Source: Blastocystis sp. Blastoise
Taxonomy: Eukaryota; Protista; Bigyra: Opalinata
DNA length: 64,000 bases
Direction: 5' to 3'
Assembly (NCBI GenBank): GCA_039096225.1
Contig: JBBPEB010000007.1
Coordinates: forward strand, 1,363,928 to 1,427,927
Below the pieces are notes generated by a model. The model did not search any database. It was not told the DNA's origin and was given only the letters and a program-made list of their open reading frames with translations. Shown piece after piece: positions 38,170-53,051 of this stretch. Position numbers and translations under genes: made by a program. The first letter of the stretch is position 1; each line of letters starts with the position of its first letter.

Positions 38170-39300
38170 ATATATGCATGTTTGTTTCGAATCATTTGGT
38201 TATGTTCCTAATATGTTGAAGATGGATATTGATTTATATGAAGAAGAAGAAGAAGAAGAAGAAGAAGAAGAAGATCGAAATAAGAGAATAGAAATTTGTA
38301 TGAAAAGTAGAGTAATATGAGTAGATAAAAGATAATAGATGGAAATAAGATATGGAATGAGAATGGAACAGAGATAAGAATAAGAATAAGAAATATATAT
38401 GTAATAGAAGAAGAAGGAAAAATGAGAATAAATCAATTTTAAATGAGAGAGATAGAAGAGATAAATGTAAGAATAAGGATAATAACATAGAAAAGGAAAG
38501 GAGATGAAGAATGAGAAGTAAAAGTAGAAAGTGTATAGAAAGAGCGTGTAGATGAATAAATAAAATGAATAGTGAATAAAAAAATATATAATTAGAAGGA
38601 GATGAGAAAGGAAGTAATGATATAAGAAGGAAATGAAAAAGAAGAAGAAGAAGAAAGTGATGGGAATGAAGAAGAGTAGATAATGATAAAAGAAGAAGAA
38701 CTAGTAATAATTAATAGAAAGGAAAGAAGAAAGAGAAGGAAAAAACTGGAATATATTATAAAGGAACATGAAATAAAACATAGTAGTAAGAATAACTATA
38801 ATTGTTTTATGTAACATAAGAGTATAAAATAAGTAGAATTAGGAGAGAAGAGTGAATAGAAGAGTGAAAGTGAGAAAAAGACAAATATAGGACAAGAGGA
38901 GAAAATAAGAATGAAGAAAATATATATATATAAGTTTTGGATATATATATATAAATAAAAATGAGAAGAATTAAAAATAAATTTGTCAATAAATATATTG
39001 AGTGTAACAAATCACAAAGATAAATAAAAATGATTCTTAATAATAAAGAAAATATTATTATATAAAAAAGTATAATAAGGTAATGTTAATATAGCATATA
39101 AAAGAGAAACCAAGAATTTAGTGATCCAAAAAGCAAGAATTAGACTTTAGAGTATTACAATAAATTATATAAAGTATTATATAATAATGGTTATAAAAAT
39201 ATATAGAAATAAAAATATATATATTTACAATCTGAATATAAATCAAGCCAATCTATATCAATAATGAATATTTGAACTTTTTAGATAGTTTATTTGGCAA
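38170..39300 (-). pseudogene. Decayed Ser-rich coding relic
   Basis: Strand-biased TCT/TCA-rich sequence like the low-complexity exons of intact genes here, but broken in all frames. Confidence 0.4.
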
Positions 39301-41509
39301 AGAAACTTACGTTATTATATTATTTAAGACAAATCTATCGATACAATTAAGTTCTTTTTTTCTAAAAGATTTAAAAGTCATTCAGTTAGCATGATGAGTC
39401 CATTATGACTATCTTAGGAAGCCTAAAGAAATGGTTTTGTGTAGTGACATCACATCATCCCATTTATAACAACAAAACAATACCTGATCATCTAGTTCAA
39501 CCAAACTGTATCACTTAGGGAAGCTCATATTAGAACATGGAGACAGACTAATGCTGATTAATTCAACAATGGAGACTGCAAGACACTCTAATATACTCCT
39601 AGGTCCTATATATAGATAAATATATGCTTAAAGCATACAAAAACGAAATTAATCATATTTTTATGGGAGTATTGAAACTTCACCATAAAAAAATTTATTA
39701 AGTTTTATTGAAATATTAGTATTTCAACTTTTTATTGAATATTATTTTATTTAAATACTTTAAGCTGTTATTCTTATTCCTGATATCTTGTTGTTGTTGT
39801 TGGAGTATGTATTTAAGTAAATAAGATTAGTTAATTGGTTAATTATTTATAGAGTATTGAATAAAATAAAACTGATGATTTCAGTCATAAGGAAATCGTT
39901 ATACTTGATGAAATTAACAAGAATGAGTTGCATATACGATAGTCATTTGATTGAGAAAATTAGTGGAATTATGAGAATCGATGATTTGTGTGTGTTTAAA
40001 TTAAAATTCTATATTGATTTAAATAGGTCTTTTAGTAAACAAATCATTTATGATAGAGTTACAAGCAAAATTGATTTTTCTTATTGATATGTTGAGTTAG
40101 AATATCGTTATTTTATTTTTCTATAAATAATTTGAATTTTCTTCTGACATATTTATCCAGATGCTAATTATAATAGTTTTCTAGGTAATGTAAATTTGTT
40201 TAAGTTCTTCAAAAGTATTAAAAAGTAGTTTATAAATGTTAGAAATGATTATTAATGTCAATCATGTTAATACTAACAATTAAAATCACTTCTAAGAGTA
40301 TAAACAAAGAATGCATTGTTCGTTTATAGGTTTCAAGATGTTATTGATGAATATTTATATTTTATTTGCGTCTAGATTTGATCATAAGATGATAAACAGA
40401 ATGAATCAATAAATAGAAGATTCTAAGTGAATGTAATTGTGAATGTGTTGTGTGTTAAGTAAACGTATCTAAAAACATTATATACAAATGACAAACGATT
40501 CATAGAGTTTATTTAATTCCTTAACAATCAATATAGCAATATCATAGTATTAATAAATGAAAATATCTATAGAGAAAAAATATTTATAGTTTTCTAAAAA
40601 ACATAATAAATGACCTTAGATCAGGAATTGAACCTGATAACAATCTATGAATGATTGTTACTGATCATATTCAGTCTAAGGAATATTAATTATATAAATA
40701 TAACTCTATGTACATTTAACAGAAAAGAAACTATAAAAAAAATTATATATATTGTATATAAACGATTACTAAAGAACCTATATAATGAAAGACTGTAGAA
40801 TAAAAAGATTTAGTAGAATATATACGGAATATAATTATAATAAAGAATATAATAAAAAAAAGCGATTAACATAAAATCAATATTGTATAATATATACATA
40901 TATATATATATAGACAGGAAAAATGTAAGAGATATCTTCTATAATAGACAGTAAGAGAATGAAAAGAATAAAAAAAATATATATATGTCTGAATCGGCTA
41001 TAATTAAGTTTAGAATATATATATTATTATAAGAGAAATAAAAAATATAAAGTAATATTTATATATAGAATACTTAATCAACAATATAATAATAGTTTTT
41101 ATAAATAGTCTAGATTTTATTGGTATAATTAATAATATATAGAAAGAAAAAAAATTTATTGTAAAATAATAACTAGAGAATATATAACAAGGATTAAATA
41201 TATATTAAAAAAGGTTGAATTCTATATACAAATGAGTATTTATTTTAGATCAATCCTATATATATATAAATGTGTATGCAGAAATAATAGTATTAAAAAA
41301 GAAACCTATATATATAATTCTAATCTTATCGGAAATCAAATGAAAGCCACTGTTAAAGACTATATATATGAAATCTAGATAAAAAATATTAACAATTCAA
41401 AATTAATTAAAAAATATATACATAAAAAATATTTTACATTTATATAAACATAAGAATATATATATATATAAATAATAATAATAAAAAACAAAAGAGTTCA
41501 ATATATAGC

Positions 41510-43257
41510 ATACCTCAGAAACACGAAAGGATAACTTCTCTATAAATGTCATTATATACACATTATATCATCATTAACTATAAATAATTATATAAGATTA
41601 TTATCTCTAATATATATATATACTAGTCAAATAATAAGTGTATATGAAATATAATAGTCATATAAATACATATAACCCATATAAACTATTTGAATAATAT
41701 AATAATAATATCCTCTAAACATTTATAATAATAATAATAATAATATATATACTAAATATAAATAAAAAACTATCCTCTAAACATTTATAATAATAATATA
41801 TATATACTAATAACAATATCACACTCATATATATAACTATATACTTTCTATACATTGAAATTAATAAGTATAAATTTCATAATATAAGAATAAAATATCA
41901 TTCTATATATAAATAAAAATAATATAATAACATATATATATTATAAAATAATAAACACCACAATATATTTGATAAAAAATAATATATTAGTAATATATGA
42001 ATGTAAATATATATATATATACCTAATCACGTAGTATTATTGATATAGAGTTACTGATTAAATATCTATAATAATAGTATATATAAATATATATAGAGTA
42101 AAAATATATATAAATTAATATAAAATATTTAAAAAATTGATGAGTCATAATATATGTTTATAAATAATAAAAAACTAATATTAGATTTATATTGAATTGT
42201 TTTGTGTCTATACATTAATAACCAATATATATATATAAGAGAAAGAGTGTAATATATATATACCTTTTGTAAAGTAACTAAATAATCTAATTTAATCATT
42301 ATTATGTCTATATAGTAATTATAAAATATATAAATATAATATATATATATATAATAGAACCTCAGTCATAAGGAAATAAAAACTATAATAAGAATTTAAT
42401 TTAATAAAAATATATAATAATTAAAAATAAATAAATAGATACTCTTCAAGTATGTATATATATTAAGATTTTTTCTATATATAATCATTATTAATTCACA
42501 TATTAAATATAAAGAATAATTCTTAATATATATATATATACACTCAAGGAGTCGATGATGGTGATAAAACCAAATAGTTTCAAGAATTCTAAACCAATAA
42601 TCAGTCACCATTTCTATATAATTTTATATTGATAATAATATAAATATATACTTCTAATAAAATATAAAACCACTTGAATATCTAGAAGGACATAGACATC
42701 ATTTTCTTAGTAATGGAGACCAATTGTTTTTTTATTTTTAATAATTTCCTAAAAATAATTGAATATTAAAATAAGATATCACGTAACATATCACTAGAGC
42801 ATTCACCAAAGAATGTTCTCAACGATGAAATGTCCATCATTATGTTTTCTTTCAATATCGAGTAACCAATGCTATCAGTCTATTTACACCAGTTTTTTAA
42901 ACCTATATAAATAATATTAAATCAAATAAACACATACTTTAAAGAATGAATCACCAATTGGTTTATTATCTAAATTTATTTCAATTCTAATCTATCATAA
43001 TATACCAAATAAAACATACTATAAATATAAATTACAAAATAACACTCTATATAATTAAATAATCCAGATAATAATATATAGAAAATATTTTTTCTTAACA
43101 ATTCATTTAAGCTCATGCTGAAAATTGCTTTCACGGATTGAAAGCACTCTCAAAGACTCCAAGAATAAGGACCATATCAAAGAAGACTTTTTTCCCATAC
43201 TTTGAACGTGGAATTCAAAAATAGCCATTCTTTTAATTTGCTTATATCTCTATCCAT
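41510..43257 (-). pseudogene. Decayed multi-exon gene relic
   Basis: ATG 43257 MDRDISKLKEWLFLNSTFKVWEKVFFDMVLILGVFESAFNP* followed by exon-like islands bounded by GT/AG and TA-rich introns (e.g. MVTDYWFRILETIWFYHHHRLLE), with stops and frameshifts. Confidence 0.5.
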
Positions 43258-43828
43258 ATTGTGTATTCATGCTTATTAAATATGCATATTTATATTTAAT
43301 TATAATAGCAATATAAAACAACTTTAAAACAGAGAAAGAATTTCATTTATTAACATTATTAACAAAATACTATCGAATTTATTATTTATTGAAAATCAGT
43401 AATGCTTATTATAATAGATATATAAATAAAAAGATAGCACAGTCGAATTAGTGTTTATTGATGTATTGATTTTAGTGTTATTTCTCATTAAATCTGATAT
43501 ATTTTTTCTCAAAGAAGGATGATATATTCATATACGTTTTTAAAACAATAAATCTCTATTCAAATAAAAAAAATGAAGAAATATCTCTGAAAATGTCTGA
43601 ATAATTATAATCATGAAAATTCTTTAATATCTTACTAATAAATACAATAAATTCACGAATTTATTATATGAAAGAAATACGAATTTTTTTCTTTGTTATC
43701 TCAAGGATTTATTATATTTTTATTATATTATAGTCATTAAAAAGGTATTTATACGTTATTCATATAGATTATCGTATTTTGAGTATAATACCATATGATC
43801 ATTCTCTGCTTATAGTTGTATTTGAGTG

Positions 43829-46800
43829 ATGTCATATATTAAATCTTGGTTAAATGAAGAGAAATGTATCTGAATATGAATATAAAAAAATTATCAGTTT
43901 CTAGATTTGTTTACATTTCAAGATGAGACGCAATTATGGATTTCAAGAGAATTTATAGAGAAATATCCTCAATTACCCTTTTATGATATTATTCAACACT
44001 CAGATAAATATGAGGATGGTAGCTATTATATAGATATGGCTTCTTCTCCTATGGATAGAGTCGTTTCGTTTTTAAATGAAGAAATTGCTGATATTTCTTC
44101 TTTAAATCTACGAGACAATTATGATATATATAAAACACTTCATGAATATTCAATTACACTTGATAATGAAATTCAAAGTGATTTATTCTTCCACGTTAAA
44201 GATTTATTTATTGATTATTTAAAAGAAAACAATTATCGAATAAATGATTGTTATAACCAACATGACCAGTTACATATGTCGATGGAGTTATTTAGTTCAA
44301 AGAGTAAAGAAATAGTTATAGAAGGTAATTATTTAGTATTATATATGTCTTTAATATGTATAGGATTATTTACACCTCAACGAAAAGATGAATTATTGTA
44401 TTATTCGATTCTAATTAAAATGATGAATATTAGTGAAGTTTTTGTTTTTTGTATATATATATATATAGTAGTATATTAATGTATAATAATAATATATATA
44501 GATGATTATTCATCAGATATTCCATTAGAATACATATGTCCTTCTTCTATTAAAGATATATTTCCATCATTAAGAGAATTAAAAATTTCTGGTATATATT
44601 ATTTTATTTTATATATATATATATAGTATCTACATATTACAAGGAAAGTGAACAGTTATTAAATCCAAATAGTGATGAGTATATAATGAAATATATTCGG
44701 TTATTCAGTAGATATGGATGTGGAATGGATATTCCTGATAATTACAACTATTTTACAGAATCAGAAATGAATGAATATAATAAAAAATCTACATTAAATA
44801 TGAATACTATATATTATTCTCATGACATGATTGATTCTTATAAAAAAAGAAGAGAAAACAATACGTTACCTAAATTATATAAATATATTGTTTATGAAGC
44901 TATATATAATAATGATGGTTCGGAAGCTGGAAATAGTAAAAATACTTATGGTAATTTTTCACGTAATGATGTCAGTATTAAATATAATAGTAAATATATA
45001 TAAATATTTTAGATTTTTTTCTTTTTATCTCATTATATATAGATGAAACAAATGAGAAAACATTTTCGTATATAATTATCTTTATTGAATAATATTTATT
45101 TAAATATATATCAAATAGTATAATGGAAATATCTTCAGAATGGGGTATAACTCAATTATTACGTCTTATTTCTTATTTCTCTATTTCAAAAATCGAGAAA
45201 AATTATTGTAAATAAGAATATATAGTACACTAATGAATTTTTTTAGTTGATTTTCAATATGATGCTATGATTGCTCTGAAAGTATTAAAAGAAGTTGTAT
45301 TCGACTCTTTAACTACATTAAGTGTTGAATGGAGTATTTTTTAATTATTATTATCAATATTTTTATTCAATATAGTTGAAGTTCTGGCTGATGCAATTGA
45401 TAAGAATCTATTTAAAAAAGTTATTACAACTCATGTATTTCCAAATGTTACTGAACTCATCTATGATGATCGTATGTATATATATAAATAAATGTATGTA
45501 TATTATATATATCTATATATGTATGTAGGATCATTTCAGTTATCATTCATAAAGAAAGAATGCTTCCCAAAACTACATATTATCAACTACAATATTGAAA
45601 TATGTAAATTGATTTTTCTATAGATAAATTATAGTATATTATTATAGCTGCTGATACGCTTGAGTTCTTATTTCCACGGAGCTTAATCTCTATGATTGAT
45701 ACTATTATAATAAATGAAATTAATTCTAGCCAAAAAAATGAAATCATTTTAACTTTAGATAATCTAGCTTATACTCATTCAATTCATATCGATGGAATTG
45801 GTATAGTCTTATACATATATATTTGATTTTATATAGATTTATTTATTAATGACTTTCCACATTCAAAAGAATTGTTAAACAAAAATCTTATATCTTTTGA
45901 TAGAAATTATAGTATAAATTTTTTCTCACTCTTTTATATATATATATATATATAATAATATTTAATATAATATAATAACATATAATAGTATATAATAGAT
46001 AATATAATCTAATATTTATTATAAAGTTAAGATTTTTTGTTCTGAAGATGTGAAAAAGTTAGATCGTTTTAAGAATTATATATACAATATTGATGTTTTA
46101 TATATTACATTCAAAAGTATTCAAGTCTATATATATATATATATAACATTAATTTCTTTTTATTTATAGATTACAAAGAAGATGAAATAAGAAATTCTTT
46201 AGAAAGATTCTTACAGAATAATATATTACAACATTTGAACTATTTAAGTGTTTCATGTATATTCTTTTTTATCAATATATATTATTATTATACTTGGTAT
46301 ACTATCTTTAGTCGATCATACGATAAGTATAGAATATTTAAAATGGATATCAAATATTTTTGATGATACTAAAATTAATACTATTTGTGAATTATTTTTT
46401 GATTGTATATATTTTATTATGAAACACATTATAATTAATATTAAGTGAGTTCTGTTGCAAAAGATTTATCATTTGAATATTTATATGTATATGAAAACAT
46501 AATAGAAAAATTAATTCATAAAGCTTCTATTGTTACGATACAAGGTAATTATTTTTAAATATGATTATTCTATTTAATAAAATATATTTAATTAATATTA
46601 ACTATATTTATCAGATTGTTATATGATTTTTTTAAATCGATTAATTCTCAAAGGTTGTTTTCATAATACGACTGAATTGAGTTTAGGTATATAATTATTA
46701 AATAAATATTATATCTTCGTTGTAAACTATAATATATATCATTCTATTTTTATATTATTATTATTATAGAAATTGATGATATTCCAGATGATAGTTTTTA

Positions 46801-47506
46801 TGAACTATATACTAAAAACAATTTTCAACAATTAACACTTATTGAGTTTTGTATATATTAATAATAAGATTATAATTGTATCATGAATGCTTATATATAG
46901 TCTCTTATTCTATAAATAAATATTTTTCTAAAATATTAAATATTTCCATAGATATTCGTGATGAAAAATGGTGGCTTCATTTCATTCAAAAATTATGTAA
47001 CTATATGAATAACAATAATTTTCCATCATCAAGTACTATTCGATTAATTGGTATGTTATTAAAGATGATACTATTTATATTCATTATTATTATATTCTAT
47101 AGATACATTTTATTATAATCTTGACTATATTTATAATCCAAGTACTTCTTCTCTTCAATGTAAATATGATAATGATTCATTTATAGATACAATTATGTGT
47201 ACAGATGATGAAACGATGAATAAATATGAGATAGAAACATTATTTGATTGTATTAGAGAAAATAAAACTAAATATATAAGAAGTTTAGAAATATATATTT
47301 TTGATGAGGAACAATTATCAGAACTCATTAGTTTTATAACTAATGGAAAGATTCCTAAATTGAAAGAATTTATTTTTAGTATTAGTAATGATATTTCTGA
47401 TGATAGCACTAATATATATAAGCAACAATTGAATGATTCTTCATTTATTAAGGAAAATCATATCAAATATGAACTGAAAAAAGTAGTATGTATAAATTAT
47501 TTTTAA
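43829..47506 (+). CDS. BTB/POZ-like N-terminus plus degenerate leucine-rich-repeat-like (FP.L..l.i) protein, many short exons
   Basis: MSYIKSWLNEEK|YLFTFQDETQLWISREFIEKYPQLPFYDI...GSYYIDM (BTB-like); recurring IFPSLRELKI, VFPNVTELI, CFPKLHII, NFQQLTLI, IPKLKEF motifs; exons checked were open and phase compatible. Confidence 0.7.
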
Positions 47507-48962
47507 CATCTATTTTTTTTGTTTTGCTATATTTATTATGTATTTCATTTCTTGTTTTACATATATATATTCAAGTTTCCATTGATTATATTAATATTAT
47601 ATGATTTAAAATATAAGAATCATGATAATTTATGATATGTACATTAATGTTTTAAGTATAAAACAATTTTAATAAAATGGATTATTATTGTTTAATATGA
47701 CTATATTGTTATATTGTGTTTATTAGATATTCCTTATGGATAATAAATCTATCTAAAAATTATATTTTAATGATATTTTGAAATGTGAGTAATTAACATG
47801 TTTATAAGAGGTGGCTGATATATTTATATAATATGGAAAAAATGACTTTTTTGATACATATTTTTTTTTTAATAAAATGAAAGAGTTAAAAACATATTAT
47901 TATGGTTGCCATTTATTTATTATATATAATTTCATTAGTTGTGTTTAATTTAGATTTATTAATTTGAAAATATATTCATATATATTATGTGTTAATCTAA
48001 TTATTTATATATTATGAGCTAATTAATTATTTATATATTATGAGTTAATCTAATTATTTATGTATTATGAGTCTACATAAATATATGTATATGAATAATC
48101 ATTAATACAGAACTTCACTCCATATAATACCAAACTACTTTTGAAAATAATTGTTTGGAGAAAGAATATATATTTTATGTATTATAATTATCTTGATGAT
48201 AATAATTATTAACAATATATCATGATCAAATATCCTTAAGAATAAAAAGAATGTAGAGAGAATAAGATAACGAATATTATCAGTATTAGCAAGGATATTA
48301 AAGTTGAAACAAATAAAATAAAATTGAATGAATAGAGAAACATAGTGTAGACATGATAGTATGAATATAAATATAATAATTAAGGAAATAATTGGAATGA
48401 TTATAAAAGGAAGTAATGTAATCATATAATATATAAGTTATTTAAACATCTCGTTTCCATTTAAATAATATACAACATTAATTGAAGTTCAAATAGATCC
48501 TATTAAGAAGATTTGAAACTATAATGATAATAAAAGAGACTATCTAGAAATAATATATATTGATTAATATCATCGAATACACACAAACTAATAATTCACA
48601 AATAATAGACTTGCTGCTATAGCTAATGAAATAAAGAATGACAATGAGTTGCTTATTTTAATCTATTTTAATACTTTTTTGTAGATCCCATAATTTATAA
48701 ATACAAAAATATAATATTTTTCATCATAAATGTGTTTTAAATGAATAATAAAGAGATTTAATGAATGAATTAAAAAGTTGATTAAAATCATGATTTATTT
48801 TAAAATGAAAGCTATTAAATGAAAATAATTATAAATTGATAAAATAAAAGTGTTTAAAAATATTTACGATTATTATTAATATTTTCGCTATAAAAGATAA
48901 TAGTTTCATAATTTTGATTTAAAATAGTTTTCATTTTTATTTTATTTCTTTTATTATTAAGA

Positions 48963-50503
48963 ATGGTGAAAGAGAAGGTAGAATTTGATGCGAATAAGAT
49001 GGGTGATATTCAGAAGGATGTAATTCATTTTGAAAGACTGATTGGTGATTTGATTGGTATTTTAAGTAAGTCAATAAGTTTTTGTGTTCATTCAGGTGAG
49101 TCAGTGAATGAATTAGTGAATCGATTAACAAGAAATTGTGATGGAATGAATGATAAGAATGGTGTTGATCCACAAATAATTATCCAAGAATCTTCTTTTC
49201 TGAATGAAAATGATACTACTATGAATAATAATGATAATGGAATTGATTATATTCGTTTTACAAGTAACGGTCCAGTTTATTCTCTTCCTAAAAGAGTAAC
49301 AAATAGTTTAGTAGGAACATATTTATATGAACAATGTCAAGATGATCAAAAAACTGTTGATGGTGAAGCTTATTTAGATTATCCTTATGATGAAACAGTA
49401 GCTCCTTTATTAATTGATTCTTTAATGAATAAGAAAATAAATATTGATAAATTGAAATTAGGTGATCAAATAGATTTATTAAGAATGTTTGAATATTGTA
49501 ATTTACCTATTCCTGAAGAATTTGTAAAATATCCATATAGATTTAGAAAGAATCATGTAGTGAAACAATATAAAGAAGGTGATGATGTTATTCTTTATAT
49601 AAATGATAAGAAAGATGATATACTAAGAAATTATTTAAAGAAGAATGGATTATGGAATAAGATTGTTAATGAATATGGTTATGGATATGTAGATTATGAT
49701 GAAAAAGAAAATTTTATGTTTATGAAGATGAATTTTGAATATATTAATTATATTAATTGTTTTGCACGTAATGAATGTCTTTTTATTGATGATAAGAATA
49801 ATGAAATTATTAATAGCGAATTATTAGAGAATGAAATGTATAGTTTATTTGGTGATCAAGGAAAAAATGCTCTTAAAGAAGATATGAATGGAAAGCCAAT
49901 TGTATTCACGGATTCAAAGATTATTAATAAGAAATGTTATGAAACTCCATTAGTGAATTGGCTTGGTAAAGAAAAGAAATGGAAATTATTATTTAGAGCA
50001 AGCGAACATGATTATAAATCAAGTGAATTCCATAAATATTGTAATAATAAAGGAGAAACAGTAACTTTAATCAAACATATAGGTCAGAATAATCATATTA
50101 ATATATTTGGAGGATATACTGATCAAAGTTGGGCTGGTTCATGTAGTATATTTATTCTCTATTATTATTCTATATGTTTTACATAGGTTGGAAACCTTAT
50201 TCTAAAGAATTTCTATTTACATTAAGTAATGAACATGGTATTCCTCCTACTAAATATGATTATACACAAAGTGATAGAAGATATGGTATATATTGTGATT
50301 CTTCTTATGGTCCAACATTTGGAGGTGGTTTTGATATCTATATATCAAATGATTGTCATAGTAATACTAATTCTTATTGTAATGCATGTTCTTATTCTGA
50401 AGTGAATACTCCTCAAAAATCATCATTATTTGTAAATACAAATAATGCTAATTCTACTAATAAGTTTACAGTAGAAGATTATGAAGTATGGGGAAGAGCA
50501 TAA
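48963..50503 (+). CDS. Tandem BTB-like plus TLDc domain protein (exons ~48963-50142, 50186-50503)
   Basis: BTB-like VYSLPKRV...AYLDYP...FEYCNLPIP; TLDc WKLLFRASEHDYKSSEFHKYCNNKGETVTLI...IFGGYT...FLFTL...YGPTFGGGFDIYI...FTVEDYEVW. Confidence 0.9.
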
Positions 50504-51389
50504 ATATAATAATAAATTATGATTTCTCTTTTTTATATATATTATTTTCTTTTCTTTATTAAGGAAAGTTTTTTCATTATATATATTATCTTTTTTTAAA
50601 AATTAAAATGTAAAAAGTAATTTAGTTAATAGTTTTCTAACTATATTTTATATTAAAAGTTTATTAATATTAATTATTATATAATACTTTCAAGAAAAAA
50701 TAAATAGTTTTTACTAAAAGTATTATTTATTACTAAATTTATTTTATAGATATATAACAAAGGATAAGATATAAATCATAAGGATAAAAACTATAAAATA
50801 TATGTATGTTAGGAGTTCTATGATAATAATAAACATCAATACATTATTGTTTATTTAAATAATAAAAAAATCTTATTGAAGGTTCAAAACAATAAATAGT
50901 TATCAATAATATAAAATGAAAGATGTTTCTATTGTTTTATTAATCAAAAATTTAATTTTTTTTATAAACTATAATAATAGGACTACTAATATGAATATCA
51001 ATTTAAATAATAGACAATTAATTATATCATTGTTGAAAAAAAATAAATATAAAAATGAGTAAAATAAATGTATAGAATGACTATTATTTAAAACAAATGA
51101 ACAAATGTAATTAAATATTAATAATAAAATTAAATAAAGTTTTTAAATATAATAAAGAAATAATTTATAAACAATTCTAAGTTGAGAATAGTATAGAATT
51201 CATGAATAGTATACAATTTATATAAAGTAGTTAAATAAACCTTTTAATAGTATTTATAACTAATATAAAAAAGGAATGATTATAAAAATAGTTTTTATTA
51301 TAACAAAGAGTATAAATATAGATAAATAATAGAATAATATAGAAAATTTGAATAAATAATAAAAAAGATAAATTTGATGAGATATATAA

Positions 51390-52264
51390 AAAATAATATT
51401 GATGTCTTGCCAATATTTTGTGATACTTGTTGTGACTATCACAGAAAGACATTTAAATCAGACTTAATACAGTTGAATAATAATTATTTTACATTGTTAA
51501 AAACTATTAAAAGTGTCATTTGTTTTATGGCAATTGTTGTAAAAAAAGTGTTTCAGGGAAGAGAGAGATTATTATTATTATTATAGAGAAAAGTTGGTGA
51601 ATATATTTTACATTATGGATATGTTTATACTATTAAATTAAATAAAGAGAATTATATGATATTCTGATTAATTTAATCTTTTTTAAAGATGATAGTTTTA
51701 TATATATGTATTATTATTATATATATAATAGTGTAAAGTATTTTATATCTATTTTATTTGTTATATAGATATTCATGACATTTAACAATCTCTTTTTTAT
51801 CTCTATGTTTATTATTCTATTTTTATCAAATCTATATAAATATATAGTTATTCAACTATTATTTTGAATCTATATCTTTATCTCTAAACTTTTAAATTGA
51901 ATTTTTTTTATAAAAGTTATTAATCAACAAATATTATATATCTATATAGATTTATATAATTATTATCTTCTAAGAGTTCATACCTTTCATCTTCTTGTCT
52001 TCAAGCCATTATTCTTACCCTTAAAACAATTCATATCTCTCATTTACAAAAGGATTATATTCTTAATGGTTTCAAATAACTTGATGTATATAAATATATT
52101 GTATAATATTTATTATATATATATATATTGTATGTATAATATGTATCTATTATATATAATAATAATAATATATATATATAATACATAAATATTATATAGA
52201 GGATGATTCATCTTATTCATTTGTAAGTTCATTTGATCTATTTAATATACTTAATACCTTGATA

Positions 52265-52298
<34 letters not shown>

Positions 52299-53014
52299 CT
52301 AACAATAAAAATTTATAAGAATATATATATATAGAGAGAGAAAACAATTCAAATATTAATCATTAAATAGCTATTTGGATGTTATCCTATATATATTCAA
52401 TATATCCTATATTTGGTCTTTATTATTTGAAGTGGAATTATTTTTTTTGAAATAAATGAATTGAATATTATATTTGAATTGTTGATTTTAATAATAAATA
52501 ATATTTCAATTATTTTTATGTTAAAAAATATCTTATTAGTGAATATATAAATATATTGATTAATATAAAATATATTATATTATCTAAGAATAAAAGAAAT
52601 AAGGTATTATATATGGTTTAGAAGTGTTAAAAGAAAGATACAAACATTATTAAATATACTAAACTTATATATATATTGAAATATTGATTATAAATGGAAG
52701 AAGAACTATTCTATAGGTATATATATATTCTTATTATGGTTATAATTAATATATTTATTCTTATTATAGTTATATATTATTTATATATATTTTATATAGT
52801 CATAAAAAAATTAATACATCTTGAATATCATTATGTTATTCTCCTATTAATGTAGTTACTTATATTCTTCTTTTAAAAATAATTTATGAAATTCTTTTTT
52901 AAATAATAATATTATAGTTACAGAATGGTTTATGATATTAAAGCATATAATGTGATGAAACAAATCCATACTGAATTTGAAGAAATTCTTAAAAAATAAG
53001 TATTACTATTTTGT

Positions 53015-53051
<37 letters not shown>

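Noticed and set aside
40465-40536. TTCCTTAAC (40517-40525) followed by AG as a U12 GT-AG intron
   Set aside because: The upstream donor GTATCTAA is a poor match, no flanking exons can be built, and one such 9-mer is plausible by chance here.
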